DNA from: Catajapyx aquilonaris
Lineage: Eukaryota
Assembly: GCA_000934665.2 (NCBI GenBank)
Contig: KZ538158.1
Location: forward strand, 62,001 to 112,376
Direction of reading: 5' to 3'
Length of the DNA stretch: 50,376 bases
Shown here: in pieces, positions 49,948-50,376 of the stretch
Layout: the number at the start of each line of letters is the position of its first letter
Numbering within the stretch: position 1 is the stretch's first letter
Position numbers and translations under genes: made by a program
The notes under the pieces: model-generated
Told to the model about the DNA's origin: nothing
What the model saw: only the letters and a program-made list of their open reading frames with translations
The model's database searches: none

Positions 49948-50169
49948 CACGATGAACCCTGCGATTGCATCGCCCGCATGCACGTCCAGCAATACCTCCT
50001 GGAGCTTGGTATGGCCTAGTTCTGTTACGGGGGTTCCATTTTCCACACAAGTCACATTTAATGTTGCCCCCGTATTCGTTCAAAGTTCGAGGCATGTCTA
50101 AATAAATATCAAGATCAGTGATTGTAGCAGTGGTCAGCATGGCGGAACTGTGCCCTGAATTCATGTCAC
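49948..50169 (-). CDS. Possible internal exon (phase 1/1) of the same minus-strand gene, with two CxxC pairs
   Basis: Acceptor ctgtactag and donor G|GTAAGT. Frame contains KCDLCGKW...ACGRCNRRVH. Confidence 0.4.
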
Positions 50170-50260
50170 CTAGTACAGTACATGTGTAACTATTACCTGC
50201 AACTTACTTATTTGGAGAGTACAGTACTGATGTACAGTGCAATGAGTGCATGACTGCATG

Positions 50261-50376
50261 CAGTGGCGTAGGCAGAAAATTTTTTCGGGGGGGGCCCATG
50301 GCCGATCGGTCCGTTTCATAATATTGTAACCTATTGTAAGACTTTTTTGACGTATCATAACAGTATTCGAGTCGGA
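50261..50376 (+). mobile_element. Possible left end of a non-autonomous hAT-like DNA transposon
   Basis: Starts CAGTGGCGTAG followed by aaatttttcgggggggg, a common hAT-MITE terminal pattern. The other end is outside the window. Confidence 0.45.

Noticed and set aside
1..50376. CRISPR array, operon-like prokaryotic system, viral or transposase genes, stop-codon readthrough
   Set aside because: No regularly spaced repeat-spacer array and no such protein motifs were seen. The stop-codon contexts are unremarkable and the window is intron-containing animal DNA.

Overview
Eukaryotic genomic DNA, most likely from an insect or other hexapod (inferred from the gene families and the many 55-80 nt GT-AG introns), with one assembly gap at 18079-18217. 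(1) About 0.9-30.6 kb (+): AMP-activated protein kinase gamma subunit (SNF4Agamma/PRKAG). I reconstructed a 14-exon, 693-aa long isoform by hand. There are two well-supported and two tentative alternative first coding exons. (2) About 31.5-41.4 kb (-): a tandem array of six gustatory receptor (7tm_7) genes, five intact three-exon genes and one frameshifted, truncated pseudogene. (3) About 42.4-46.9 kb (+): two tandem six-exon DEG/ENaC (pickpocket-like) channel genes of about 480 aa, head-to-head with the Gr array. Both lack the canonical N-terminal HG motif and carry an RVxF motif. (4) About 48.3-50.2 kb (-): exons of an unidentified gene ending in a coiled coil. Repeats include two tRNA-derived SINEs with target-site duplications that share head and tail but differ in body, several MITE-like palindromes and a 277-bp intronic foldback. 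Nothing here proves a wholly new system. The best candidates are the Gr/HG-less ppk chemosensory island, the modular AMPKgamma N-termini, the intronic hairpin and the SINE module swap.
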